From: Bugula neritina
Taxonomy: Eukaryota > Animalia > Bryozoa
NCBI GenBank assembly: GCA_964035545.1
Contig: OZ037772.1
Span: forward strand, 5,336,233 to 5,400,232
Direction of reading: 5' to 3'
Length of the DNA: 64,000 bases
Shown: positions 1-14,379 of the stretch, piece after piece
Layout: each line of letters opens with the position of its first letter
Numbering within the stretch: the first letter of the stretch is position 1
Position numbers and translations under genes: made by a program
Notes under the pieces: generated by a model
Told to the model about the DNA's origin: nothing
Databases searched by the model: none
Seen by the model: only the letters and a program-made list of their open reading frames with translations

Positions 1-69
1 ATCCGTTCGCATAATGTGGGTCGGTGGAAACACAGTGAAATGTAACCTGAACACAGGAAAAACTCTTAC

Positions 70-3000
70 CTAGCCCCGCCCCCTCCTAGGACTAGACCAA
101 TGGCAGTGCCTGTTAGAAAGCGGGCCAGCCTGGACATATCTGAGTTGACGTCTGGTTTGCCTTTGATGACATTTTCATAGGCGGAGAGGATCTTCTCCGG
201 AGACTTCTTTGAGAAGACTCTGTTTGGACATCTAAAGGAGAGCATGTATGGTAAACATTACCATATATGGTAAACATTACCTTACATGGTAAAATTGCTA
301 ATAAGACACCAGCCATTAGAGTGAATACGCAACCTCCTGACCCTTTTTTTATTGGATTTTAACCGACAAAATGTTTTGTAAATAGCAATAAATATATTAT
401 ACAATATACAGCATAAGAAGCAAATGCATATGTCTGAAAATTATCAAAGTTCTCTCTTTCAAATATCACGGTTCCAGTTCTCACAAAATTCATGAGAAGG
501 CCCATGCTTTGTGATTTATGTATGTGTGCATAGAGACAAAATTGCCATGTTCAACCGATCGGTGAGTTAAATATGGTATTCTACTATGTCAGGAATTCAG
601 GTTCGGGACCCGCAGCTTAGTGAGACACAGAGGGAGCACTGCATTCAACATTACATAATGCTTTCCAAGATGGTGTTTGTTTTCCCATAACTTAGAACTT
701 CTGTTCTGGTGCACAGGCTAACAGCTAAGTACACATTAGGGCTATCTAATGAAACCAAGGGGTGCTGCAGAGTGACAAAATACATTTAAATGCTAATGGG
801 TAGAGGCTGCGTGCAACTGTAAGAAGTAATGCCCCACTGGTTAACAGTTTTCACGGCTAAAAAGGCAATTAGTTCTCATGTCCAAAAATTTCTCCATTTT
901 AGACCATCACACCTCTATGAAAATAAGTGTAGAGCAGCACAATACTGTAGTTAATGAAACTATTATATTTTTATCCACTCTTATTAAATAGTAGTTGAAG
1001 TTGTCACCATCTAACTCAGAATGTAACCGTTTCTTTGGCAACATGAGAGAGCTATTACCTTATATGGTGATGTGAGAGACACCAGTCACGGGCATTCAGC
1101 CAATCAACTGTGTTCTGTGGCTTTGTAGCATCAGATCTATGTAGTAGAATCAGCTCCTTTTGGGAGCGTATGGACATCCCCTCCAACGATTTCTCAAGCT
1201 ATGAAAAAGGCATTTTCAAGAACATGACATTTGTTCTAGTGGGTAAAAGGGTTTGTAACAAAAGTACACTACTAAGAAAAATTCAACAGTATATTTGAAG
1301 AAGAAAAGAAGATACTAGTTAAAGGTTTTAAATCCTAGCAGTTCTAATTCCAATAAATATGGCTGTTTATAGATATGGCAAGAAATATTAGCAGGAAACT
1401 TACGGGACCAGGTTTAGGTTGCTCTTCCGCGAGAGCTACGATCAAAATGACGTCTGATTGTCGAATGCACCTCTGAGTCCAGGGAGTGAACTGATAGTCA
1501 CATTGATAAATGACTGTGCGATGAGTGTCTTCCTGAGCAGCCAACCAGCTGGATAGTCTGTATTCATTGGGTCTACAGTATATAGGTCACATAATAACTA
1601 GTAGCTATTGGTTCTACAGTATATAGGTCACAGGATAACTAGTAGCTATTGGTCTGCAGTATATAGGTCACAGAATAACTAGTAGCTATTGGCCTGCAGT
1701 ATATAGGTCACAGAATGACTAGTAGCTATTGGCCTGCAGTATATAGATCACGTAATAATCTCCAAAGATTCCTGCAGAGCAATAAGCTGGTAGTACCTGG
1801 TTTCACGACACATTATTGTAAACCATATTAGGATATAATAGCATAACAAATAAACTGCCTAGTATTTACTAGCAACAACAATAATAGTACACGATGGGAG
1901 TGTAAAGGTGATTCTAAGACTTGAGAATGCTTTTTATGTGTACTCTGTTCTTCCAACATCACATATAAACTATGAACTACGGCTAGACTAAGATCTTACC
2001 TGTCTAAAGCCCAAGATCCTAGCTTAGCTTTAATAATATCGGAGGTGAGTCTAAGACTGTGACAGATGGAGCTGAGAGCGTGCTGTAGCTCTAGGGTGAA
2101 GGACGTCAGGGGAACGCTATCACTAGCCGCGACAATGGCCACTGTTAGGAAGAGAAATAAAGCAGGGAGTGAACATTGCATCTGCACACATTATAGAATA
2201 TTATTCTCACATAAGCATAACATATACTGAATTACTACAGATAACTTAACAATGCTAGATATTCACCTGTACTTATATTAGAGATAGGAGAGCGCGGGAC
2301 TATGGATGGATTGTCTTTCAATGATTGCTCGTCAATTCTCATTTGCATACCCATGAGTCGGTTACCTAGCAACAGGTCAACAATAAATAAACTCAGCTAG
2401 TTGCTAGGATACCAACAGGATGTTAAACAATATACTAACAGTGAAAGTAACATAAAAGTGCTTGAGATCCAGAAAGAGTTTTTGACAGTATTGAAATATT
2501 AAATAAAATAAATATGTTATTAAATTAATTAAACTAAGTTAAACTAGTAGTACAACTAGTAGTAGCTCTATTAGTATTACTATTAGTAAAACTACTAGTT
2601 TTACCACCATTACCGCTACTGCTGCTTCCACTACTACTACTACTACTACTGCCAATACCAAAACTGCTCATGACACTACTAGTCCAGTTATAGTAGTACT
2701 AGTACCAACACTGCCCTACTAAACCAGCACTAGTAGTGTGTACAGACGATGGTAGAGTACCCAAGAGATGATAAAGTCGGGTGATGATCTGAGGGTAGAC
2801 TTGTCGGATGTGCTCCAACAGCTGGGCAGGAACTTGGGCTAATTCTGTATCTCTAACAGCCATTGCAGTCATACTTCTATAAATATTCAATAGACATCAT
2901 TGCATACACTTACTTTTCACCGTTATGAAATTCAAAGAATCATTGACGTACTTTATTTATACAGTAATAACATATTCGCATTTACATCTTAGCTATCATC

Positions 3001-6000
3001 TACAGACTGAGAGTTGTGTGCTCAAACAATCTGACTTTATAAGTAATCCTGTGCTCATGCTGATGACATTATTAGCCAGCTATGAAGTCTTTGGTATTAT
3101 ACAACCAATAGTAATTATTACTGACTTTTATTGCATGCTATTCTTAGCTGCAGCAACACACAACTTCACCAGTAAGCTGGCTTAAAACCTTAAACTTTGA
3201 ACTTTCAAAGAGCATACAACTTTCAAACAGTCTATAGATGATAGTTAAGATAATATCTTAGCTATCATCTATAGACTGTTGGAAGGTTGTATTTATATAT
3301 GACTATATTAAAGAATTCATAAATACAGTGTGTTAGATATTTTGTAAACTGATTCCCGAAATACAAAGACAAATAAAAGCAATATTTGCAACATTAGCCG
3401 AGCAGACAATGATCATGCCATATTTTAGAGTAACAACATAGTTGGGGAGCGATGTACGCAGCCCGACCTACCTCTTAGTACGAGTGATGACCTCAGCTAT
3501 TCCAATGAGCTCTCCTTTACCAAACTCTCCACTCACAGACTTGGTGCCTTCCTTTCCCTCTATGATGGTCCTGATTCGGCCGTTCAGTATGATGTAAAGG
3601 TGGTCGCTCATGTCACCTGTGCATAAACAAACAAACAACTACTAGAATTTTGATTCCCAAGCTTCGGATCATGCGAATTGATTTGTCATTCGATGTTTGA
3701 AAACAGTTGCATCGAATGAAACCATAACCACAAATTCATCCGTACGAGCACCCATTCACATAAATCGAAGCCATGGAAACGCAGTGATAGAATCCATATA
3801 TCAAAATGCTGTAAGTTATTCCTTATTTCAAATCCTATTAGTGACACAACTCCCAACATAAAACATAGTATCATCGATATTATCTCTACAATTATTTGCA
3901 AATATCTTTTGTCATTAGATCATGTCTCTTTACCTTCAGCATTGCATTGAAAAATTGTTGTGAAATATGCATTGATTACATATTTTAAACATTACAGTAG
4001 CAAAAGTACTATGATAAAAAACTTATTATTCAACAAAACAGAACACATAATAATGAATGTAGAAAACACAAACAAACACGCAACCCCAGTTATACACACA
4101 AATAAAACACAGCACAGGCGATCATTCCAGCAAAAATTAAGACTGAGGCAAACTCTTTCATATCTCTCTTGCCAACAATGGGTTGGGACGTACCTTTGTT
4201 GTAAATAGCACGCCCCGACTCTACTTGCACCCAATCAAGAGCAAAGTCTATCTGACGGACAAAAGGAGAGAGTCTCTTGACCAGTAGGTGAGCCGCTGCC
4301 AGCACAATGTCTGGCTGCTGCCGCATCATGCCGTAGAAACAAGACTGAGGAATAAACAGAAACAACAGAGTCAACAGTCAGTTGGGTTCATCTATTAATT
4401 CACTGTTATCAATGTAGCAGCCGTGGGGCAGTGGGTAGAGTGCTGGTCTAGTAAGCACGAGGTCACGGGTTCGAGTTCAAACACTGGCAGTTATTTTAGG
4501 AAGAGCATTCAGTCATAATATGAAAGCTGTTCACATTCTAAGCTCTTCCCACTTAGTGTAACTATGTAAATACTACGTTTTATATCATAAATCATTCAAC
4601 CTAATAAACCAGCATCTGATACAAATGTCTACAAACTATTACCAATTACAAATTATATATAAAAAGTCACAGCAGATCAAGCTATTAAGACAGTTGTCAC
4701 TCTAGAAAAAGTCAAAACTTTTTTTCAGGGGTTATCAGACGATAGTGACTATAAACTTGCGCTAGTCTTTCAATTACATAATTATCAGACAGCAAGAAAA
4801 TGGCCGTAAAAATTTGCAAACAAATACACGTAATGAAAAGCAGACGACCACCAAAATTAAAGAGAATGAGACTCGTTACTAAAGTGTCTTCACAATATTA
4901 TTTATAATCTCAGCTGAATCAGACATGAGCAAAAATACTTTACAGCAAGTTCAAAAGCATTTTTCCCATTGATTTTACAGTAGCTTTAGAATTTTGACCA
5001 GCCTTTCATTACATCCCTACAGAGCTTGCACAGACTGATATCTACAGAGGAGCTGTGTTAGGCTTACACCTTGGACACACACCAGTTTTTATTAAACACA
5101 TAAAACTAGATAATATATTGGTTCAAAGATTGAACAGAGTAAACCCAACAAGTAGTTTCGCCTTAAAGAAAATTACAATTCTTGAATGTTTACAGATTTA
5201 TTACTTTGCTTCAGAAGAAATTATACTTATCCTGTGAATAATATAATAAATGGAATCATTAGTTGGGAGTTATCTCACCTTACTGATGTGACCCACAATG
5301 GTAGGCTGGTTAGTTTTGATACCAAATATTGAAGGTTCTCCACTGAGTGTAGCCAAAACACCAACAATCTACAAACATAACAGAAACAGGTTCAAATGAT
5401 ACTAAAATCATAGAAACAAACCAATATAATAAAATTAGTAATAAAAAAGAGTAGCCGTGATGATGGGGTTAGAACACTGGCTTAGTCAACATAAGGTCAG
5501 TGGTTTCAACCCCAGTAAAGGCCATTTATTATGTTAGGAACAGCATTCAGTTATAATTGCTTCTTTTCTACAACAGTGAAAAAGTCCTTAGCCTGCTTAA
5601 AAAGCCCTTTCCATCAGGGGTTCCCCGACTAAAAATCCACGTAGGTGAGTAATAATAGTTGTTATTAAATTAACAACAGTATAAATTGTGCAGGAGTAAA
5701 TACACCTTGTATGAGCAACTGCCACTTGTACATAACATAGTTGCTACCCCTGCTCATACATATTATAGTTGCTACCCCTACTTGAACATAATATATTTGC
5801 TACCTTCACTCACCCATAATGCTATAGCTGCTAACCAAGCTTGCGTATACTACTATAGTTGCTACCCCTTTTTTCAAAATACTAATTAATTACTACTCTT
5901 CCCTGGACATACTGCTATAGTTGCTACCCCTCTCTGGACATATTACTACAGATGCTACCCCTCCCTGAACTTACTACTATAGCTGCTACCCCTAATCACA

Positions 6001-9000
6001 GTTGCCATGGTTACCTCTCCTGGACCAGCATTAAACATGATGCAGGGCTTCTCTCCCTTGTCAATGGAAGTTTGAGTGATGACTAGTTGACCTTGAACTA
6101 CAAAGGTGAGGTCAGCATCGGCGTCGCCTTGGTTACACAACACCGAGTTGGCTCTGTAGTGGCATATGGAGATTTTGTTGACCAGCATAGACTTATCCTA
6201 CAACAGCAAATGCAAAGTCGGAGCGTGTCATCCAGTACCCGCAATTATAGCAACATCTGTGGTTTGAGATTTACACTATCTATAAAAATGAAAATATGCT
6301 ATGAAAGAGCAAAATGCACTCTACTAAAATCAGTATTAAATTATCTGTAGTCAACTTTTTTGCAGCAGATGTAGCTATGAAACCGAGGTGCTGTAGGTGA
6401 GCAGTAAAGTAAAACACTAATATTATTGGCTAGTAAATTCCGCTCTCAATATCATTTTTCATGGAAATCTGTCTAATGTGACCCCACGCTAAGAAAGCCT
6501 AATAAACTAAAAGGTGGGTGTAGTCATACCCAACCACAAAACATACAAACCTCTATCTTTAGAATACTGGCTAAGTCGTTGATGCACAACTCTGTAAGTT
6601 TCTCATCATTTTCTAAGCCCCCATCTGTCGAGTCTTGCGACTATAAGAAATAAGGCTACAATATTAGAAATAAGGCTACAATATTAGAAACAAAGCTATA
6701 GCATTAGATCTGAGGCTATAGTATTAGAAATGAGGCTATAGTATTAAAATTGAGACTACAGTATTAGAAGTAGTAAAGTTTACAACTTGCAGGCAATTCG
6801 AAACATATAATAGCTTATATGGTTGGGTAGACAAACCAGGAGCTACAGTAAGGGTGCCTTTGTCCCCTGCCCAAATTTTCTGTATAGTTAGAAAGTTTAA
6901 AGCCCACCAATCATAACCAACTCGATGTTTTGTGTATGAGACCCAATTTTTCAAAACAATGTTTTTCTAAGCGTTACATAATGTACACTTTCCCTCGTAT
7001 AGCAAACAACTTATTTTTTGTCGAAAATATTTTTATCTCAAGCAGTCTATAATCAAGTGAAAAATGATTCAAAAGCCGATGATTTATACAAAAGGTTTAG
7101 ATATCGTAGAACATTATAAACTGCAACTCAAACTGTTTCACTGAAATATGTTATTTGGGAAACATTCAACAGAACTGGAATATATTTTGGGGCTGTTTGA
7201 GAACAATATATAGATACACTAGTAGACAATACAATGTACAGAAAGACAATCAACTGAGTAAGACACAAAAGCTAAGTCAATACGTTCAGGGTGGTCACGC
7301 CTACAGCCCTAAGATCTAGTAAAACATTGTACTAGGAGCTGCAGCTAAACTCGTACCTCTAGAGTGGTGATTCCATCTGGTGAGAGATTATCCAGAGCTG
7401 GAGATTCACGTTTCTACAGGTAAATAAAATTGGTACAATGCATACAGAAATATGATCTAGAATGTAATCATGTGATGTAGTCATGTGATGTAGTCATGTG
7501 ATGTAATCATGTGATGTAGTCATGTGATGTAGTCATGTGATGTAATCATGTGATGTAGTCATGTGATGTAGTCCATAGTCAAAACTTCGCAGTCTCATAG
7601 CAGAGATACAAATACAGGAATACAAACATTAGATGATTCCTACTCATTATAAAACCAAGCCACACCATACAGTTCAAAACCCTGTACAGTGGGAAGTAAG
7701 AATCTTTTTCCTCTTTTAAAAATAAACTTAAAAACTTCTATTTATATGCAGTAGTGGAGAAATTGAGATAGCCTAAGTTCTTGGACTTCAAATAAATTTT
7801 GGTCTGGGGCACAAGTGTAAATTTTAATGAGAACATAGCTTCTTCCGCTACATTTATAATTTCTAGAACGCATGCTTCTTCCAATTTCTTCATGATACTG
7901 AACCTATCTTTAAACTTTACAACAGCAGGTCCAACTAAATTAATGCTAGACTTGAGTTTTTCAGCTAAAGTAAAACAGTCTACAGGAGAAAATCTCAGCT
8001 CTTCCCCACCAATCCCCCACTCACCATAAGTTCCTGGTCTAGGCCGAGGTAGTTGTGAAGAGCCCAGAAGGTGACCCTGATGAGTCGTACCATGATGACC
8101 TGCACCACCCTCAGCATGGACTCTGGGGACGTCTCAAAGGCCCTGGCGAAGGACTGCCCGGGAATCTTCAGTATGGTGGAGTCTTCCATGGCCCGCGCAG
8201 ACACCGTCTTGTAAGGGGCTTCGTGGCCTGTGGGGAGATAACTCTTATATAAAACAGAGTGGAGCTAACTCTCATATCAGAGAGTGAGAAGAGAACTCTC
8301 AATTCAGGCAGAGGGGCGAACTCTCACCCTCTACACACTTTGACGTAATGTCAACGGCACTGTCAAATGTCAGCCATTTTTAAAAATGTTCGAGCTGACT
8401 GTACAATGTTACGATACGTCAAGGATAAAACAATGCTTGATTAAAATAATTGAGTCAGGGTCCTAAGGAGGTTACAAAACAAGAATATTATTGCTAATTT
8501 TTGCCTAGCAGACAACTCCAAATTATCATTTCTGTAAAAAATATGAAAAGATAACTCCAAAATATACTTAAAAATAATTTCATTTGAGCGGCTTTTTGCA
8601 GTCAAAATGGCTTTATAGGAGAGTTTATTGATAAATCACACATTATCTATCAGCTAATTAGACCTAGACTCAAGCTTAACTTAAAATATATGCTGAATTC
8701 AGTCCATGCTATCAACTGTCGTAGAAATATATTGTATTGACAATAGCAACAGACATGGTAGTCATAGCAACAGACACGGTAGTCATAGCAACAGACCTGT
8801 GATCAGGTCCAGTATACTGAGAAGGCTGTAAATGGAGTCCCCAGCAAACACCTCCTTCACCAGGACCTCGTCTCCGTTGGCTTCTCTGATGTAGACATTT
8901 ATCAGACCAGACGTTACGACGTAGATACAGTCGTCTGGGTTACCAATCTAACAGGAAGACAAATGTAAATTGACCAATCAATATCGTTAGCTTACTAAAT

Positions 9001-12000
9001 TGACCAATCAAGTGCAATTAGCTGAATTGTTTCCTCAATTTTACAAGAGTGAAAATCCTAACCATGAATCAATTGACTGTTTATATAATTAGACATAAAG
9101 AAGGTAATTGCTCAGTTAGTTGATGACTCATATACAAATAAAATGGCTTCGGCATGTAGCACAGTAGTATTTATTAACAGTAGTATTTATCACAGTAGCG
9201 GTGGTCTAGGAATTTGCATTTGCTTAGATCATGAATTCTTTCCCCAGTAAAGGAAAAGCATTGAGTCACAATTGCTCTTGTACCACATCAGAAAAAATTG
9301 TTATCCTGATAAAAGCCCTTCCCTTCAGGGGTTTCTCACAGGATAGTGACTATGTATGTATCAGAGTAGTATGTATCACAGTAGTATATGAGGTCATGTA
9401 TGCTACGAAACACGCCCACACACCTGGAAGACAGTCTGGTTAGCTCTGTAGCTCTTCACCTCCATAGTTCTGTTGATCTCAAAGAATACCTGCTGATCCA
9501 AATGACCAAACACCTGCACATTCCTGTCAACAAATATAAACCACTTGTCAGCACCTGCCAATAACTTTAGAGAAAAACAGAAAACTCTTAATTGTTAGGG
9601 AGCAGCCGTGGTCTAGCGTTTAGAGCCTTTGCTTAGTAAACACGAGGTCATGGGTTAGAACCCCTACAAAGGCCATTGGTGATGTTAGGAAGAGCACCCA
9701 GTCATATTTGCTCCTGTACCCCATCTAAATAAGTACTAAGCCCGAGTTAAAAAAGCTGCTTCTATCAGGAATTTTCTCACGAAGATGGTAACTATAAACT
9801 TGCGTGAATTTCATAAAATTATTATTTATTCTAAATGCACAACCCTGTGAGAACCGGTGATGGTACAATAGTGCTTTTAATGGACTAAGAACCGTGCTCA
9901 AAGTCTGACAGAAAAAATTATGACTGCAAGCTCTTCCTGACAACACCAGTGACCCTGGCAGGATTCGAACCTATGAGCTGGCGCTTTTCAGACCAGTGCT
10001 TTAACCTTCACACCAAAAATCCTTCAGTAAAAATAAATGTAAAGCTTAAGAATTACTGAGGTTTTGTTGGTCTTAGATTTGTTGCTTTCTTTACTTCAAT
10101 AATTTGTTAACATTTGATTCCATTTATTCTTTAATGTTAAGGAGAAAAACATTCTAATACTATTGCACTTAGCAAGCCAGAGTAAACCACTACACTGCCC
10201 AATCCAGAGACATTATTACAATGTAAGAAACAAGACTAAGCCCTAATGGACTGATAGAACTATAGATATTCAATGGTAGAAATATGTTTGAACTGAATGC
10301 TATAACTATTCTGTCACTCACACTCAGACCTTTGGACTGGAAGATCGAAGTTACTTACTGGATTTTATCAGCACTTGGTTATTGGTTATTACTATACACT
10401 GTAGGTTACCATACACTGTGGGTTACTATACACTGTAGGTTACTATACACTGTAGGTTACTATACACTGTAGGTTACTATACGCTGTAGGTTACTATACG
10501 CTGTAGGTTACTATACGCTGTAGGTTACTATACGCTGTAGGTTACTATACGCTGTAGGTTACTATACACTGTAGGTTACTATACACTGTAGGTTACTATA
10601 CGCTGTAGGTTACTATACGCTGTAGGTTACTATACGCTGTAGGTTACTATACGCTGTAGGTTACTGTACGCTGTAGGTTACTGTACGCTGTAGGTTACTA
10701 TACGCTGTAGGTTACTATACGCTGTAGGTTACTATACGCTGTAGGTTACTACACTCTGTAGGTTACTACACACTGTAGGTTACTACACACTGTAGGTTAC
10801 TATACACTGTAGGTTACTATACACTGATATCTAGAGTAGAGGTTAGCCTATAGTAACCCAGTTGCTTACCTCAGCAAATATATGAACTCAGTGGGAAGCC
10901 TCAGATCATTGTCACTAGAGCCTAGGTCGGGCGTGAGAAGGGCCCGCGGAGGATCCTTATGTTCGAGTCTGTTGGACCTCTGTCTAATTCTCAGAAGACT
11001 CTTGGCTAACTTCATGAACTCCTGCTTGTTTCTCGGAGGTTTCCTCGCTTGGTTGACGACTTGCTTGGACTAAAATACAGTCGAGATTTAGCAAACGGTG
11101 GAGATAACTTCAAACTTAGTAAATGAGTTCTGGTTATCAGGTATATATTGTATTACACCAGGTCTAAGGAAAGCAAACGCCAATATGCAGTCAGTATGGC
11201 CTTAAGTTGCGTTTATACCTCTGCTGAAAAAAGTTCAGAGTTTCAGTTAATAACAATCGTCTGAGTCTTTATAGTCAAACTAAAACTTGTTGAAATCATA
11301 TTGATGCGAAAGCTTACTTTCTAAAAGTGAAATCTGACTCGCCTAATCGCTAGTTGATGCCCTTTGTAAACATCATGAATTAGTAAAGTTGACAGCATAA
11401 AAGCGAAAATTGAGAAGGCGTAGGTGATATTATTATTAAAATATAAGTACGTCATCTAATTAAATAACGACATTTACAAGGAGTAATTACTCCTATTCTA
11501 AAATTGGCTGATTAATTATCACAACACGAAAATTTTTACCAGTGGCTTTTACAATGCAATGCATCCCAGAGAAATTTCAACTCGGCCAAATTGAATTTCT
11601 GACTGAAAATCGTGAAGGTATAAACGCAACTTTACAGTAGTTACAGACTAGTTCTGTGAATACTATAAAGGGATAATGGCAGCATATTTATCATTCAACT
11701 TTCTTCTAAACATCAATAACCTTGAGTTAGTTAATCACAAGTTAGTAAACAGCTAGAAAACGACAAACAAAACAACATATGTGTAGGTGTTTGGTAATCA
11801 TATAGCACACCAATGTGTGAGCATCTTTATCAGCTTAGATAAGAAGAGAAGAGAAAACATTGCCTCTTCACTCAACCAAATAGCAATTCTATAAAGTGTG
11901 ATGAATAATTTCATAGAATGAGTAAATAGAGACGGAATCAGTATATATGTAAATATTTCTAAAGAACAAATCACACAACACGAAGTGCAGTGAAGGCAGT

Positions 12001-14201
12001 TGGCAAGCAAAGAGAAAGAGATAGTGAATATATACCCCCATAAAACTCATTAGAACAAGTAATCACAACGAATGTGCATACACACTTGGATATTAAATGC
12101 CAACACACTGTAAATCATAGAAATATTATAGTTTGACTCGATTAGTCTAAAGCTGAACGAAAGGATTCACTCTGCAACACACTACATCTACAACTTTCAC
12201 ACTTCTTACATGATTCTCCTCAACCACAGAAAACTGCAAAACATAAATAAATCACGGTACCACTCATCCACCCCCCAACTGAGCTGAGACAGAGTTGCCT
12301 GAGAACTCGGGTTACAATAAAGTTTATATATCTGTATACAGTATGACATTTTCCTGACCTTGCGAAGGATTTTCCTGGCGTAGTATTTCACCTTGTCTCT
12401 CTTCCTGAACCTCGGTCTGGATGTGTCTGGGCGCGCAATGACAGAAACTAAAAGAAAGGAGAAACAACTCTCAAGATAATTAACATATTGCCAGCAGAAC
12501 TTAACGTTTCAGTATCTAGTGAGCAGCCGTGGTCTAGGGGTTAGAGCGTTTGCTTAGTAAACTCGAAGTTGTGGGTTTGAGCCCCAGTAAAGGCCATTGG
12601 TGATGTTAGGAAGAGCATCCAGTCATAATTGCTCCTGTGCCTCATCTCAAAAACTCCATAACCCGCTTTAAAAAATCTTTCCATGGGGGGGATATCACAG
12701 GAATAGTGACTATAAACTTGTGTGAGTTACATTTCAGTATCAGCAGCATTAGACATTCTAATAAGGTTGGTGACTAGTAAAGTAGCACTAAGGCCACGTG
12801 AAATTTAATTCTCAAAGCACATAGTTTATAGCGTAATGGTATAATATATTTGCAGAGTTGGTGTAAGACTTTGCTGAAGAGGTAGTATTGAATATAAATG
12901 CATCTAGTGGAGTGATGAGTCATCAACTGTTAATATCAGTTTGAGAATGACATCACATTCTCTCCCGGCATGTCCATAGAACTGCCTGAAGGGGGAGAGA
13001 TGTGGCCAAAGTTTAAAATAAATAAGAATTTGTGGCTGTATTTAAAAGAATGATTCAATTTTTCTGAATAAAAAACTCACGCAAGTTTATAGTCACCATC
13101 TCTGTGACAAAACCCCTGATGGAAAGGTTTTTTTGTTAAATGGTGCTAAGGATTTATTCAGATGGGGCACAGGAGCAATTATGACTGGGTACTCTTCCTA
13201 ACATCTCCAAAGGGCTTTGTCGGGGTTCGAACCCATGGCTTCATGCGTACTAGGCAAACGCTCTAATCCCTAGGCCACAGTTGCTCCTTACTTATTTCTC
13301 TAAATATACTAATTTTATTAGTGATCATTTCTGTACAAGACACACAGTAAGTCACAGAGTGTTATATTGTAGGGCTGGTTAAATACTTGTGATAAACGTT
13401 TCAAACTTGCATTAGTTTAATTTTGAGCTATGCGTAAAATAACCTTCCCCTAGCTTACTAGTTTGTGTGGAGTTACTCATTAGCTAGTGTGATATAGTAT
13501 AATACAGTGTGGTATAGTGTAATACAGTGTGATATGGTATAATACAGTGTGATATAGTGTAATACAGTATAATATAGTATGATATAGTGTAGTATAGTAT
13601 ATTATAGTGTAGTATAGTATAATATAGTGTAGTATATGAAAACCAATGAAACATGTGACTCACCTTTCTTCTGTCGAAACAGAAAGTACATGATGACGTA
13701 GATTAGAGAGGAAATGAGCGTTACCATCAGAATATTTATCTGAAAATTCTAAAAATAACATAATTTATTACAAAAAGCTCGTAGAAGTCAATTTACACTA
13801 AAAAATTATACATTGGATAGTGTTCATTCAATATCAGTTGCTTCACTTCAATTTCAAATTATTATTGAAAAAGTATCCATAAAATACTGTATAAAAGGAG
13901 CAGTATTACGTGCACATGCAATCATAAAGGGACTGGCAATGCAGGTATAGGTTAAATATTGGAAATATGTTTCTAATATACAAGATGGGATATTACAATC
14001 TTAATGCTACATTAAAAGAGACATTTAATTTCATTCATTCATTTAATTTTAGTAACATATCAGTTATTTGTAGAAACTTACTTCAGAAGTATAAAACTGT
14101 TCAAGATAAAACATGGATCTATCTATAAGTTGTGACAATTTAATCTTCACAGCTGTGAGTAATATATACAGAATGCTCTCTTCCTGTTCTGTTTCCGCCA
14201 T
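70..14201 (-). CDS. PNPLA7: Neuropathy target esterase / swiss cheese (PNPLA6/7 family); 5' part, continues beyond the left edge
   Basis: Phase-consistent GT-AG exons: 14082-14201 ([11 protein letters not shown]..), 13664-13739 (TM: [21 protein letters not shown]), 12359-12447 ([18 protein letters not shown]), 10870-11069, 9424-9523, 8797-8947, 8025-8227 ([25 protein letters not shown]), 7357-7413, 6551-6640, 6015-6197, 5279-5368, 4194-4344 ([13 protein letters not shown]), 3472-3616, 2761-2876 (AVRDTELA), 2267-2365, 2000-2141, 1404-1572 ([12 protein letters not shown]), 1059-1198, 70-231 ([22 protein letters not shown], patatin glycine loop). Motifs match NTE: N-terminal TM, three cNMP-binding domains, start of the patatin domain. 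Likely co-orthologue of PNPLA6 and PNPLA7 (sws). Confidence 0.96.
1566..1757. repeat. ~39-bp tandem repeat overlapping an NTE splice acceptor
   Basis: Five copies of attgg..ct(a/g)cagtatataggtcacagaataactagtagct. Confidence 0.9.
4416..4570 (+). mobile_element. SINE family A, degenerate
   Basis: Head agcagccgtggggcagtgggtagagtgctggtctagtaagcacgaggtcacgggttcgag plus core aggaagagcattcagtcataa. Confidence 0.75.
5449..5645 (+). mobile_element. SINE family A
   Basis: Same head and core as 9598-9810. Confidence 0.75.
7462..7573. repeat. 13-bp tandem repeat (ATGTAGTCATGTG)
   Basis: ~8 copies. Confidence 0.9.
9598..9810 (+). mobile_element. tRNA-Thr(AGT)-derived SINE, family A
   Basis: A/B-box head GCAGCCGTGGTCTAG..CTTAGTAAAC..GGGTT.GAA, core GGTGATGTTAGGAAGAGCA.CCAGTCATA, tail ACTATAAACTTGCGTG. 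At least 8 near-full copies in the window. Confidence 0.88.
9822..10016 (-). mobile_element. SINE with a GAA-anticodon (Phe-like) tRNA head and the family-A core
   Basis: - strand reads tggtgtgaaggttaaagcactggtctGAAaagcgccagctcataggttcgaatcc..ggtgttgtcaggaagagcttgcagtcataatt. Confidence 0.65.
10387..10825. repeat. 17-bp minisatellite (CTGTAGGTTACTATACG), ~26 copies
   Basis: Direct tandem copies in an NTE intron. Confidence 0.95.
11203..11633. mobile_element. MITE with AAGTTGCGTTTATACCT terminal inverted repeats
   Basis: AAGTTGCGTTTATACCT at ~11204 and AGGTATAAACGCAACTT at ~11616; the same ends recur at 37939-38004. Confidence 0.7.
12521..12728 (+). mobile_element. SINE family A
   Basis: Full-length match to 9598-9810. 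Confidence 0.85.
13073..13287 (-). mobile_element. SINE family A, reverse orientation
   Basis: Reverse complement of family A; forms an inverted pair with 12521-12728. Confidence 0.85.
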
Positions 14202-14379
14202 CTTGTTTCGGCTTAATATTCACTATTTAAATCAATACATCCATATATATGTTAAATTGCTGAAAGTCAACTTACATAGACTTTATTATTAAATTATATA
14301 TAACTGTTCTCTTTAATTACACTGTACTTTTGGTTTAAATTAGGGAAGCAGATGTTTAAACAAGCTATTTTGTACACAA

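Noticed and set aside
1-46. Next NTE exon at the window edge
   Set aside because: It would need a 23-nt intron and does not give the expected patatin sequence; treated as intron.
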